This document shows, one piece after another, positions 29,246-39,259 of a DNA stretch of 64,000 nucleotides; position 1 is the stretch's first letter; each line of letters begins with the position of its first letter. Source of the DNA: Promethearchaeia archaeon. Its GTDB lineage: Archaea; Asgardarchaeota; Lokiarchaeia; Sigyniarchaeales; SOKP01. Under the pieces are notes generated by a model. That model was not told the DNA's origin. It ran no database searches and saw only the letters and a program-made list of their open reading frames with translations. The translations under genes were made by a program, and so were the position numbers. The DNA lies in NCBI GenBank assembly GCA_046483985.1, contig JAWOCD010000075.1, positions 32,001 to 96,000 of the forward strand. Direction: 5' to 3'.

Positions 29246-32200
29246 ATGAGATTCATGTTTAAAATATTGGTGTTGGGGGAGTCAGATCTCACTTTTCCCT
29301 ATATAGTGAATGCACTGGGAGGAAAAGGAGAAGATATGGGGACATATTATGAATGGTTTAAAGAATTCAAAGTCTTTGACAATGTTTGCGATCTTGAGAT
29401 AGATGTAATTACTGACATTATCTCTACTAATTTTGATGAGATAATCCCAATGGTTGACGGAATAGTGTATATTCTAAATCCAATGAAAAAGGAAGAATTT
29501 GAATTCTTTGAAATGTTGGTGGATATTATCGAATCTGTCAAGCGAGATATCCCAATGATTATTTTATTTTATGATAGAAATGGTATCCTCCCAATTTCTA
29601 CTAATAAATTATTGGAAACCGTATGGCAAGTATATTCCGACTATGAAGCTTTTGTTAATTTATTTCCCGATGAATTTCACCAAATAATTCAATGCTTATC
29701 CCTTTCAATGATTAGTGGTGACCCTCCTTTGAATGTAGAAACTGCTTGGTTAAGGCTACCAATAATTATTCGGATGGCTAATTTTTATTATGAACAAGGT
29801 AATAATGTCAAGGCAGCCCATGCACTTAAAAAGGTTGCAACTATTGCCGATATATATAATAAAAATGAATACTATGTGTACTGTGAACAAACTGCATATC
29901 TATTCTCAAGGGCAAATCTTTATTTAGAGGCCTCAGAAATAATAAAAGATGTTAGCCAAGTGAAAGCAAATAATTTCAAACGATTATATGTAGAAAATCT
30001 CATTAGGGAAGGGAATAAACTATTTAATAAAAAATCCTTTGAAATGGCCGCTAGACAGTACGAAACCGCAGGACAATGGACTTCCATTGAGCTTAAAGAT
30101 AAGATGCTTATCCAAGAATCCTTTCGATTAGCAATAAATTCTTGGATTTCTGCATGCAAAAATCAGGAGGCCTTTCGAGTCCTTGAGCGGTTAGATCATG
30201 AAGAAACTATCTCTGTTTTAACTGATATTTCAGATAAAATTATCGATGCAGCAGATTTTTTGATTTCAGCAAATCAACTGGAAAAAGCAAAGGAAGAACT
30301 TTATCTGGCAATCAATACTTATCAAAAAGAGGATTTATTTGATCAAACTGAGAAATTTACTGCAAAATTAGCTCAAGTTTTAATAAAAATATTAGAAGAG
30401 CAAACAAAAGCTAAACAGATCTATGAAGCAAAGCAAACCTTTGATGAGCTTGAAAATATATGGCAGTCTTATGATGTAAATAAAACAAATCTTGACCATA
30501 TTTTAGAACCATTGATTAGAGAGTTTATTGAGCGATTAAATTTCAGTATGACATCAATTCTGATTAATAAGCTGGATTCCCTAGAATTAAAGAAGGAATT
30601 GACGGAATATAGTTCGGAGATTGAAGAAAGAAATAAAGAAAAGCAAAAATTAGAAAAAGAGGAGAATCTACAAAGAGGTATCGAAATAATAAAAGAGTTT
30701 TTAACTGCAGAGTATGAAGTTATCCGGAAGTTAAATACTGGAGTGTTGGAAAAAGCAAAAAATAAAGCTGAATTGGAGGATTTTTTGGATGCAGCAGAAC
30801 TGATTAAGGCTCAAGTGAACTACTTAGTTGATATTGGAATGAAAGAAGTCGCAGATCAAATGCTTACTAATTCCTTAGATTATTTAGTAAAAGGCAAACA
30901 TTTTGAGAAGTTTTTTGAATTTTATTCTGAACTCCAAAAATCTATGAAGAAGATATATCTAAAGAGGATTTTCCCTCTGTTAAAAGAAAAATTGGAAGAG
31001 CTAGCAAATTTTGAAGAGTTAAAGAAATCAAAAGATTTTAAAGAAAAGTCCAGAATTTTTAAAACAATAAATCAGAGATATCGGAATGTAATGCTTTATG
31101 AGAAATCGAGGGAAATAAGTTATTTATTTATTGAATTAATTAAGAATCAAGCTTTATTGATTGTCCAGAATAATGAAACAAAACCCGCTATTAATACTTC
31201 TCTGAAACTGATTAAGAAAGTCAAAAATATTTCAAACGCTTACCTCAATAATGAAAAAATTACTTTTGATAGGATTTATAAGAAAATTGCAGAAATTTAT
31301 ATCTCTCTTGATGATCTTTCCTCTGCACATGTTTATAATGATAAAATAGAGAATAAGGAATATAAATCGGAGATTCATAAAAAGATAGCGAAAATGGAAG
31401 CCAGTCGGAGCGCTATTAAATCCAAAAAAGCTGAAGAATCATTGAGAGGAGAAATATTAAAGGAACAAATCTCTCTCATCAAGAAAAAAGCTAGAGATGC
31501 ACGAGCAGATAAAAAGAACGATTTAAAGCAGCGAGGGGGGTTAAAAAGAGCTTTTTTTAAAGACCCCTTAGAACTCCTTAAGAAGCAAAACTATCAAGAG
31601 GCATATAAAGCATATAAAAGAGCCGCACTCCGCTTAAATCGGATTAAAAAATACAACCTTGCTGGCACCTCCTTTATGGTCGCCTCTTTGATATTAATGA
31701 AACAACGAAAATTTGATAAGTTAATAAAATCCTTTAAATCTTTAGAGGATGAAATCTCTGAATCCTCTAAAATCTTTTTTGAAACCTTCCCTATGGTTCT
31801 TATTGACTATATCATTTCCTTAAAAAAAATCGGTGATGAGGCCAAATTAAATGCTGCTTTATCCTATATCGAATATCTTCCTCTATTTGAGGAAGAGCTT
31901 GGGCTTTTATATGACATTTTGGGAAAGGAACGGAGAACGGAGTTAAAAGCTGGAGACGATTCCACTGAGGTAGCAGATGCTCAAAAATTAAAAGCAAAGA
32001 TTAAAATTATCAGTAAAAAAATAGAAAATACTAAACAAGACGAATCTAAAAGGAAACTTATGAAAAGTAAATACTGGATTAAACCTTTGGACTCCTTAGA
32101 GAATGAAGAATATCTCAATGCTTCGATGAACTATCTGGATGTCGTACCTCCCTTGATGAAAAAAGACTTTCAAAAACATGCTGCTATAGCAATTATTTTA

Positions 32201-32989
32201 GGCTCTTTTACGTTATTAAAGGCAAAAAATATACACTTTGCATATTCAACTTTTCAAGAACAACGGGAACAATTTGATAAGGAATTGAAAAATTTACCTG
32301 AAATTTCCCTGGCGGGATATATTTTTAATGCATTTGAGCATAATATGGACCAAATTATCTCTTTTGGGATGGGAAAGTTAACAGAGGAATTGATTCTTTT
32401 CAACCCTGAAATTGATTTTTTAAGAAAGATTGCTGATATCGATATTCAAAAGGCAAGTGAAGAGGATTCTTCTAAAAAACTTTCTCGAAAAGAAAGAGCT
32501 GATTTGAAAAAGTTGAGGGTAGAATTAGACCAAACTTATGGGCTCCTCAAGCAAAGAAAACGAGACGTTAAAACCGAATTTACCCAATTTTTTAGGAAAC
32601 GAAAAGCGATGCGGCGTCGGTTTTATGATGATATCTTATCTTCACTTAAGCAAGAAGATTATACCGAGGCTGCAGCTCAGTACAGTGAATTAGCACACCG
32701 ATTTGCAAAGAGAAAAGATACTCTCTTAGTTTCCATTTCAATTATGCTTTATGCATTTTGTCTCTTACAAACCGATTTTAACTATGAAGAAATTGGTCAA
32801 AAGGTTGATAGTTATATAAAGACATTGGACATTAGAGAAGGTTTGATAAACGATACTTTCGTTATTAAATTACTAACCTTCATTCTAAATTTAAGAGCAT
32901 ATGGGATCACGGATTATAACTCTAGGATTAGGACGATGTTGGAAGATTTACCCCTCTTTGAAGAGGAAAAACATCTTCTTAAAATATAG
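29246..32989 (+). CDS. Large alpha-solenoid protein with a degenerate small-GTPase-like N-terminal domain
   Basis: FKILVLGE...DGIVYILN...IPMIILF follows Ras-fold strand order but lacks GK[ST]; TPR/SNAP-like helices follow. Confidence 0.65.
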   Translation: MRFMFKILVLGESDLTFPYIVNALGGKGEDMGTYYEWFKEFKVFDNVCDLEIDVITDIISTNFDEIIPMVDGIVYILNPMKKEEFEFFEMLVDIIESVKRDIPMIILFYDRNGILPISTNKLLETVWQVYSDYEAFVNLFPDEFHQIIQCLSLSMISGDPPLNVETAWLRLPIIIRMANFYYEQGNNVKAAHALKKVATIADIYNKNEYYVYCEQTAYLFSRANLYLEASEIIKDVSQVKANNFKRLYVENLIREGNKLFNKKSFEMAARQYETAGQWTSIELKDKMLIQESFRLAINSWISACKNQEAFRVLERLDHEETISVLTDISDKIIDAADFLISANQLEKAKEELYLAINTYQKEDLFDQTEKFTAKLAQVLIKILEEQTKAKQIYEAKQTFDELENIWQSYDVNKTNLDHILEPLIREFIERLNFSMTSILINKLDSLELKKELTEYSSEIEERNKEKQKLEKEENLQRGIEIIKEFLTAEYEVIRKLNTGVLEKAKNKAELEDFLDAAELIKAQVNYLVDIGMKEVADQMLTNSLDYLVKGKHFEKFFEFYSELQKSMKKIYLKRIFPLLKEKLEELANFEELKKSKDFKEKSRIFKTINQRYRNVMLYEKSREISYLFIELIKNQALLIVQNNETKPAINTSLKLIKKVKNISNAYLNNEKITFDRIYKKIAEIYISLDDLSSAHVYNDKIENKEYKSEIHKKIAKMEASRSAIKSKKAEESLRGEILKEQISLIKKKARDARADKKNDLKQRGGLKRAFFKDPLELLKKQNYQEAYKAYKRAALRLNRIKKYNLAGTSFMVASLILMKQRKFDKLIKSFKSLEDEISESSKIFFETFPMVLIDYIISLKKIGDEAKLNAALSYIEYLPLFEEELGLLYDILGKERRTELKAGDDSTEVADAQKLKAKIKIISKKIENTKQDESKRKLMKSKYWIKPLDSLENEEYLNASMNYLDVVPPLMKKDFQKHAAIAIILGSFTLLKAKNIHFAYSTFQEQREQFDKELKNLPEISLAGYIFNAFEHNMDQIISFGMGKLTEELILFNPEIDFLRKIADIDIQKASEEDSSKKLSRKERADLKKLRVELDQTYGLLKQRKRDVKTEFTQFFRKRKAMRRRFYDDILSSLKQEDYTEAAAQYSELAHRFAKRKDTLLVSISIMLYAFCLLQTDFNYEEIGQKVDSYIKTLDIREGLINDTFVIKLLTFILNLRAYGITDYNSRIRTMLEDLPLFEEEKHLLKI

Positions 32990-33011
32990 TCATCTCTTAT
33001 TAATGATCTCT

Positions 33012-33932
33012 TTATTGTGCAGGTATTTTTGCATATTTTTTTAAATCTTTTGCCCTTTGTCGAAGGGTCACCTCAGTTACTTTAGCTAATTTGGCGATCT
33101 CCTTTTGAGTGCGAGACTCATTACATATTTTTGCCCCCATATAAATTGCAGCAGCAGCAATCCCTTTTGGATCCTTTCCGCCAGTGTTGAATCCGTTTGC
33201 TTTCGCATTTTTAATAAGTTTTACTGCAATATTTCTGCATTTCATAGATAAGCCAAGCTCACTGTTAAACTTATCTACATACCTGTCTGCGGAAAAATGT
33301 TGTACTTTAAGATTTAAATGCGGCAGAACCTTGATTAGAATGAGCCTATAATTTTTAATTACTTTTTTTTTTGGCAGTTGAGCTGCTTTTGTAATCTCTT
33401 CGATAGTGCGGGGAATACCATGGACTCGTAAAGAACAAAAGATTGAAGCAGTCAAGAGAGTGTCAATACTTCGTCCCATTGTTAGTTTTTTTTTTACAGT
33501 TTGGGTATAAATCCTTAAGGCATCCTCTGCAACTTGATCTGGAATTCTTAACTTTTTCTGTAATCTCTGGAGGTTTGGGAGCGCAATCCAGAGGTTTCGT
33601 TCATAGCTCGTTGTTAAAGATCGATGGATCTTTGCTAATCGATTAAACTTGGATTTATATTTTGGGCTTAATGAGCCGCCCCGTGCATCTCTGTTCCCCC
33701 GGATTACTGTTCTTGGCCCAATAGGGCTGTACACTCTTTCATTTCTCTTTCTTTTTTTGATCTCCTCGTAGGTAAAGGCCCGTCGGGGTCTGTCATCTAA
33801 TACTTGGCTATATACAAAACCACAATTAAGACAAACAAAAAAACCATCTTCTTGGGATACTTTTGGTGAATCGCAACAAGGTTCCTCTTCAAATTCCTCA
33901 AAAAAATCCCGCTCCTTGAAGTCAAACGACAT
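33012..33932 (-). CDS. tfb: Transcription initiation factor TFB
   Basis: N-terminal zinc ribbon (CC...CLNCG) and two cyclin repeats (GRSID...PRTIEEI; GKDPKGIAAAAIY...RTQKEIA...VTEVTLR). Confidence 0.95.
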   Translation of the reverse strand: MSFDFKERDFFEEFEEEPCCDSPKVSQEDGFFVCLNCGFVYSQVLDDRPRRAFTYEEIKKRKRNERVYSPIGPRTVIRGNRDARGGSLSPKYKSKFNRLAKIHRSLTTSYERNLWIALPNLQRLQKKLRIPDQVAEDALRIYTQTVKKKLTMGRSIDTLLTASIFCSLRVHGIPRTIEEITKAAQLPKKKVIKNYRLILIKVLPHLNLKVQHFSADRYVDKFNSELGLSMKCRNIAVKLIKNAKANGFNTGGKDPKGIAAAAIYMGAKICNESRTQKEIAKLAKVTEVTLRQRAKDLKKYAKIPAQ

Positions 33933-34211
33933 AATTTGCCCTTCTTTTTTATGAAATTATTATTAATTGGAATTTATTGTATTATATAATGTTCTAAATA
34001 TTTAAATATGATTTTTTCTTAATGACCTTTTTCCTCATTAGATCAAGTTTTTATTGGAAATTGAAATTATAATAATAAATAACAAATTCTTTTGAGAAAT
34101 AACACAGGTCTCTTAAAACTTGTTAATATAAAATATAAACGTAAAAAAAAAAAAAAAAATAAGCATAGAAATAAAATTACTAGTAGAATGCAATAAAAAT
34201 GGAATAGAAAG

Positions 34212-35483
34212 ATGAAAAATACAGAAGAATCAAATGTGATCTCAAGATTCTCCAAATTTTTAGATGAGAAATTCATTGGTAAGAAAAAAATAGAGACAAT
34301 CGAGGATTTATTGGAATTACCAATTTATTCCTATAGATTTCTCTCTAAAAAAGAAGCTAAGATATTGGAAGATGTGTTAGATATATATGATATCGGAGCA
34401 GCCTCAACACTTGAAAAAGACGATCCTTTTAAAAATCTAATAGAATTGGAGTCAACAACCGACCCGATTAAAGCAACAGAAATGAGAGAAAAGCTAAAAA
34501 AGCAAATTACCGTACTTAAAAAAAAATTCCCCGATTTAGAAGCCCATTTTAAAAAAGCTATAATGATCAGTTCTTTAATTCAAGATATTAAAGATGAGAG
34601 ATTAGAAATAGACAAAAAGCAACAGAAAATAGTTGTTGCTGGGTTAGACAATGCGGGTAAAACCGCAATTTTATCGAAACTGGGAGGTAAACTAGGAATA
34701 AACAATTTAGCAAGTCTTAAACCAACTAAGGGGGTCGATCGGAAGCAAATAAAGGAAAAAGACTTAAATTTGTTTATCTTAGATATGGGAGGTCAATCAG
34801 AATATAGAAAACGATATATGAATAAACCCGAGAATTATTTTATTGCAACGGATTTGTTACTCTATGTTGTAGATGTTCAAGATCCTGATAAATTTGATGA
34901 GAGTTTTGAATATTTCCAAAAAATAATTGACACTTTACTGATTTTAGAGGAATGTCCCTATTTTCTTATCTTTATTCATAAATACGATCCAGATCTTAGG
35001 AACGACCCAGAAATCCAGTTGAATGTTGAGTTATTAAAAGATACTATTAAAGATCTATTTGAGAAGCAAGATCAGGAGTTTGAATATGAAATATACACCA
35101 CCTCGATATATTCTTTAATCACGAATGAGCCAAAATTTTCCAGATATATTAAGGAAGTAATGAAAGCCGATTATGCCCTAACCGATCCCACGGTAAAAAA
35201 AATTGAGGGATTGGGAAAGATATTAGAGCAGACGCTAAATGCAGTTATTAAGTTATCAGAATCACTTTCCGTTCAGTTAAATAACATGGATTCTCGACTC
35301 GGAACACTTGAAGATCGAGTATATCAAATAACTCAAGGAGAATACGGTGTCGAAGAAGTGGAAGAAAATAAAGAAGAGGAAAAAAAGAAAGCCCCTCCAG
35401 AAAGAGGTCCCCCCGCCAGTGTACGTCAACAAGTATTAAGTGAATTAAAAAATCTGTTTGATAAGAAAAAGAGTTTAATGTGA
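34212..35483 (+). CDS. Arf/Rag-like small GTPase with N- and C-terminal extensions
   Basis: GLDNAGKT, PTKG, DMGGQ, HKYD, TSI. Confidence 0.88.
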   Translation: MKNTEESNVISRFSKFLDEKFIGKKKIETIEDLLELPIYSYRFLSKKEAKILEDVLDIYDIGAASTLEKDDPFKNLIELESTTDPIKATEMREKLKKQITVLKKKFPDLEAHFKKAIMISSLIQDIKDERLEIDKKQQKIVVAGLDNAGKTAILSKLGGKLGINNLASLKPTKGVDRKQIKEKDLNLFILDMGGQSEYRKRYMNKPENYFIATDLLLYVVDVQDPDKFDESFEYFQKIIDTLLILEECPYFLIFIHKYDPDLRNDPEIQLNVELLKDTIKDLFEKQDQEFEYEIYTTSIYSLITNEPKFSRYIKEVMKADYALTDPTVKKIEGLGKILEQTLNAVIKLSESLSVQLNNMDSRLGTLEDRVYQITQGEYGVEEVEENKEEEKKKAPPERGPPASVRQQVLSELKNLFDKKKSLM

Positions 35484-35485
35484 AT

Positions 35486-36193
35486 TCACTCCATAATATA
35501 TTCTCTTATCATTTTTGCTGTGGCACTTAGAAATAAGCACGCAAAGATCACAATACATAAAGAAAGATACCAAATTTCTTCAAAGAGCATACTATTTATC
35601 TGCTGGTAATTTATATTTAGGATTGTATATTTTTCCAGAGATAAAACTATATTATACATAAAAGGACCGAAGATATATTGAACAAATAAGAATCCTATAA
35701 CTGCTAATAAGAATCCTGATACACTATCGCTGAGATAGTGGACTCCGAGTTGAACCCGTGAGAAAGCAACCAATACCATTATAACTGCAAGAATTATTAA
35801 TAACATGAGAGAATCCACTAAGGTTCCGATTAATAATCCATGAATTACGATATTATATACATGCCAAGATGGAAAGCTTTTTGAAGTAGGTTCTCGTTCA
35901 TAGATTGGTATATTTAACTCCTTAAAAGGCCTCTTTCTGTCCGTAATCTCTTTTATGGGAGCAACAATTAATACTCCGCTGAAGAATGAGGCAAAAAAAT
36001 AGGAAAACAGGAAAGGATCATACCATATGAATAAAAAGAAGAGGATAAGAAAAATCCAAAGGGTTTCTCTTCCCAAAAAGGTTACAGCTTTTAGAAAATA
36101 TGTAAACCTCTTTCCGCCGATCCCATTGCATTTCTTCATTACATTTTTATCAATTTGTTTTATATTGCTAATAAGTTCTTGAATTGGGGACAT
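35486..36193 (-). CDS. PAP2-family membrane phosphatase
   Basis: K.....RP, SFPSWH, SRVQLGVHYLSD. Confidence 0.9.
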   Translation of the reverse strand: MSPIQELISNIKQIDKNVMKKCNGIGGKRFTYFLKAVTFLGRETLWIFLILFFLFIWYDPFLFSYFFASFFSGVLIVAPIKEITDRKRPFKELNIPIYEREPTSKSFPSWHVYNIVIHGLLIGTLVDSLMLLIILAVIMVLVAFSRVQLGVHYLSDSVSGFLLAVIGFLFVQYIFGPFMYNIVLSLEKYTILNINYQQINSMLFEEIWYLSLCIVIFACLFLSATAKMIREYIME

Positions 36194-36206
36194 ATTTTTT
36201 ATAACT

Positions 36207-37001
36207 CTATTTTAACGAATTGAGAAATTTATAAGCGTTTTTTACATTCTGGACATTTTGTTTAAAATATTCTAAGCTATGAGAATCCGATCCCACATAT
36301 ACTGGAGCTCCCTTGAGGGTTAATTCTTTAATCACATATTTTGACGGAAATGGTCGACCAATAGAATATTTATAGCCCGAAAGATTATATTCAATCCTTA
36401 TTCCATTTTCAATACATAATTGTCCTAACTTTAAAACTCTCTCTTCAGAGATGTTACAATCTTTTGGTGGCAGAATATCATCCTCATTTATATATCGAAA
36501 GATCGTATCTAAGTGGCATACGTTTTCAAATATCTGAGATTTAATTAGTTGCTCCATGATGGAAAAATAATCATCGACCACTTTTCCTATACTGAACTTT
36601 TTTAATAATTCCATTAATTTGGCTCTTGTTGTCACGGGAAATCCCATTTTGGTTTCGTGTAAGGTTCCAGCAATGAAGTCAAACTCTTTTCCGAAATCGT
36701 CCATAAATGTTCTGAGTTCATTTTCCTTTTGCGGATAATATTCTACCTCCAAACCATTCTGAATAAACTCATAATTTTCTTTTAATTTATCCATAATTTC
36801 TAAATAGTCTACAATTTTATTATCATAGAATGGATATGTGGAGTCTGTTTCAAGATAATAGAGTTCATAGTGATCTAAGAAGCAGATATTAATCCTATGT
36901 CTTTCTGCCTCTTCTATATATTCTTTAAATGTAGGCCCGGTATTAACAATATCATGACTCCAGTTTGTATGCACGTGATAATCTGTAAATTTAAACTGCA
37001 T
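36207..37001 (-). CDS. PHP-domain phosphatase (HisJ/histidinol-phosphatase-like)
   Basis: DYHVHT, DH, GLEVEY, CHLD, GSDSH. Confidence 0.85.
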   Translation of the reverse strand: MQFKFTDYHVHTNWSHDIVNTGPTFKEYIEEAERHRINICFLDHYELYYLETDSTYPFYDNKIVDYLEIMDKLKENYEFIQNGLEVEYYPQKENELRTFMDDFGKEFDFIAGTLHETKMGFPVTTRAKLMELLKKFSIGKVVDDYFSIMEQLIKSQIFENVCHLDTIFRYINEDDILPPKDCNISEERVLKLGQLCIENGIRIEYNLSGYKYSIGRPFPSKYVIKELTLKGAPVYVGSDSHSLEYFKQNVQNVKNAYKFLNSLK

Positions 37002-37108
37002 TTTGATATTAAAAAAATAATTTGCTCTAAATTGTACTTATACTAGTAAAAAAAGGCAATAAAACTTTATTTTAAAATTAACATCTAAGTTTTTCCTAGT
37101 TAATTAAA

Positions 37109-38998
37109 TTAAAAATGTACCTCATAAAAGAGTTCATTTTGTCCTTGTTCCGGTTCAATTTTGACCTTTCCCCCTTTCTTAATAATATGGATGGTTTTCT
37201 TGTTTTGAATGTGGATATTCCCATAAAATCCTTTTATCCCATGTTCTTTTGCGATAATTATCATATGATGATATAAAAAAGATCCAATCCCTTTTCCTCT
37301 CCATTCCTCCTTAACCAAAAAATCAAATTCCGCCATATTTGAATTTGGATTTAAATGATATGATGCCTGTCCCACCATGGTTTGTTCTGAGATATCCTCC
37401 CCCACAAATGCTCCAATAGAGAAGACATTATAATAATCAATATTTACTTCGCATTGAGTCTTTGAATGACTGAACTCTTTTCTTAATTCGAAGAATCGCA
37501 AATATCTATCTCGCTCATTTAAACTATAATATAAGTCCTTTAATAAATTCTCATCAGTTGGTTTTATAGGTCGGACATAAATTCTTTTCCCTGTATCTGC
37601 TTCAAAATAGGTTTCATATTCCTTTGGATATACGCAAATATTTCCTTCTTCATCTTTGGGTAAGATTTGGTCTGAATACACATAATTCCGTTTTTTTGCT
37701 TCTTCTAATAATCTATCTCTGAATTTAGGATGCGCGATGCTTATTAACTCTAATACCCGTTCTCTAATGGTTTTTCCATGAAGATAGGCGATTCCATACT
37801 CTGTGACTACATAATGAATGTCTGCTCTCGATAAAAGCACTCCAGCTCCCTCTTCCAAGTGTGAAACAATTTTAGATTCAGTCCCATCCAAATTTGTAGA
37901 AGGTAGTACAATTATGGGTTTTCCCCCTTTAGAGAATGCGGCGCCCTTCATAAAATCGGCAATTTCTCCCACTCCGGTGTGAAAATTATATCCCTTTGAA
38001 GAAGCGTTTACTTGTCCCGTCAAGTCGATTTCTAAGGCTTGATTTATGGATACCATGTTTTTATTCATGCCAATGTATTTCGGATTACATACATAGTCAG
38101 AGGGATAAAATTCAATATAAGGATTATTATCCAAAAAATTATAGAGTTTTTGGGTCCCGAGCGCATAACTGGTAATGATTTTCTCGGGATGAAAATTCTT
38201 TTTTCGACACGTTAATACAGAATTTTCAATTAACGGAATTATGTTATCAGTAATAAAATGGCTGTGCATTCCGAGATCTTTTTTATCCATTAAATATTTT
38301 AGGCATGCGTTAGGTAAGTATCCATAGCCTATATGGATAGTTGCATTATCTTGGACAAGTTTGGCCACGTGTTTACCGATCTGCTCAGCAACGTCTCTTT
38401 CTTTAAAATGGTATTCCAATAATGGTGTATCATTCACTACAAAAGAATCAATCTCTTTCATATGGATAAAACTATTGCCTAAAGTTCTCGGCATTTGAGG
38501 GTTTATCTCCACAATAGTGAGATAAGCCGATTGGGCGATTGGTTTTGTAATATCAACATTGATCCCACATGAGCAATATCCATACTGGTCTGGCGGTGAA
38601 ACTTGAATAAATGCAACATCTATATATTTCCGTCCCGTACGGTAGAGATCAGGGATTTCACTTGCGTAAATTGGAGTGTAATCCGCTTGCCCTTTATTAA
38701 CCTCCTCTCTCAGAGTCCGTCCAATAAAAAGCGCATTATGCCTAAAGAGATCTTCCGTTTTATCATCAAAGTACTTTTCAGGGAATATCGTTAAGAAGTG
38801 AACAATTTCAGTATCGATAAGTCTTTCTGAATGTTTTATCAATTGCTCAGTTAACGCTTGAGGCTCAGAGCAACCTGTTCCAACAAAGACCCGATTTCCG
38901 GGAATAACCTTCTCAATTGCTTCTTCAGGAGTAATTTCCTTTTTTTTCCACCTTTTTCTCCAATTTTTATCCAAATAATTATTTATTCGTTCCATCAT
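37109..38998 (-). CDS. Acetyl-CoA hydrolase/transferase-like domain fused to a C-terminal GNAT acetyltransferase
   Basis: QVSPPD.YGYCS.G, INQALEIDLTGQVN, VVTEYGIAYL.GK; GNAT part VRPIKPTD...RYLRFF...AEF..LV.EEWRGKGIG. Confidence 0.9.
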   Translation of the reverse strand: MMERINNYLDKNWRKRWKKKEITPEEAIEKVIPGNRVFVGTGCSEPQALTEQLIKHSERLIDTEIVHFLTIFPEKYFDDKTEDLFRHNALFIGRTLREEVNKGQADYTPIYASEIPDLYRTGRKYIDVAFIQVSPPDQYGYCSCGINVDITKPIAQSAYLTIVEINPQMPRTLGNSFIHMKEIDSFVVNDTPLLEYHFKERDVAEQIGKHVAKLVQDNATIHIGYGYLPNACLKYLMDKKDLGMHSHFITDNIIPLIENSVLTCRKKNFHPEKIITSYALGTQKLYNFLDNNPYIEFYPSDYVCNPKYIGMNKNMVSINQALEIDLTGQVNASSKGYNFHTGVGEIADFMKGAAFSKGGKPIIVLPSTNLDGTESKIVSHLEEGAGVLLSRADIHYVVTEYGIAYLHGKTIRERVLELISIAHPKFRDRLLEEAKKRNYVYSDQILPKDEEGNICVYPKEYETYFEADTGKRIYVRPIKPTDENLLKDLYYSLNERDRYLRFFELRKEFSHSKTQCEVNIDYYNVFSIGAFVGEDISEQTMVGQASYHLNPNSNMAEFDFLVKEEWRGKGIGSFLYHHMIIIAKEHGIKGFYGNIHIQNKKTIHIIKKGGKVKIEPEQGQNELFYEVHF

Positions 38999-39259
38999 TC
39001 AACCTAAGGATCATATCTTTTTTTAGCTTTAAAATTTTGTTGATTACTTTATGAAAGAACGTCTTGAAGTGTAAAATCTTTATGAAAGTAAGAAAATATC
39101 CGAAAGGCATTCCAAAAATAATATAAAAAATCGAAGGCTTTTCTGAATCCTTCTGAATGTAAAAGCTTTTTATTTTTCTCTTATTTTTCCTTATAATATA
39201 TTACATCGATTTAAAGTCGAGATTAAATCTAAGAAAATTTTTCGAAAATGTGAGAAATT

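Noticed and set aside
34130-34160. Long poly-A run and ORF 34067..34276
   Set aside because: Low-complexity AT-rich divergent promoter region; the hydrophobic ORF is a by-product of T-runs.
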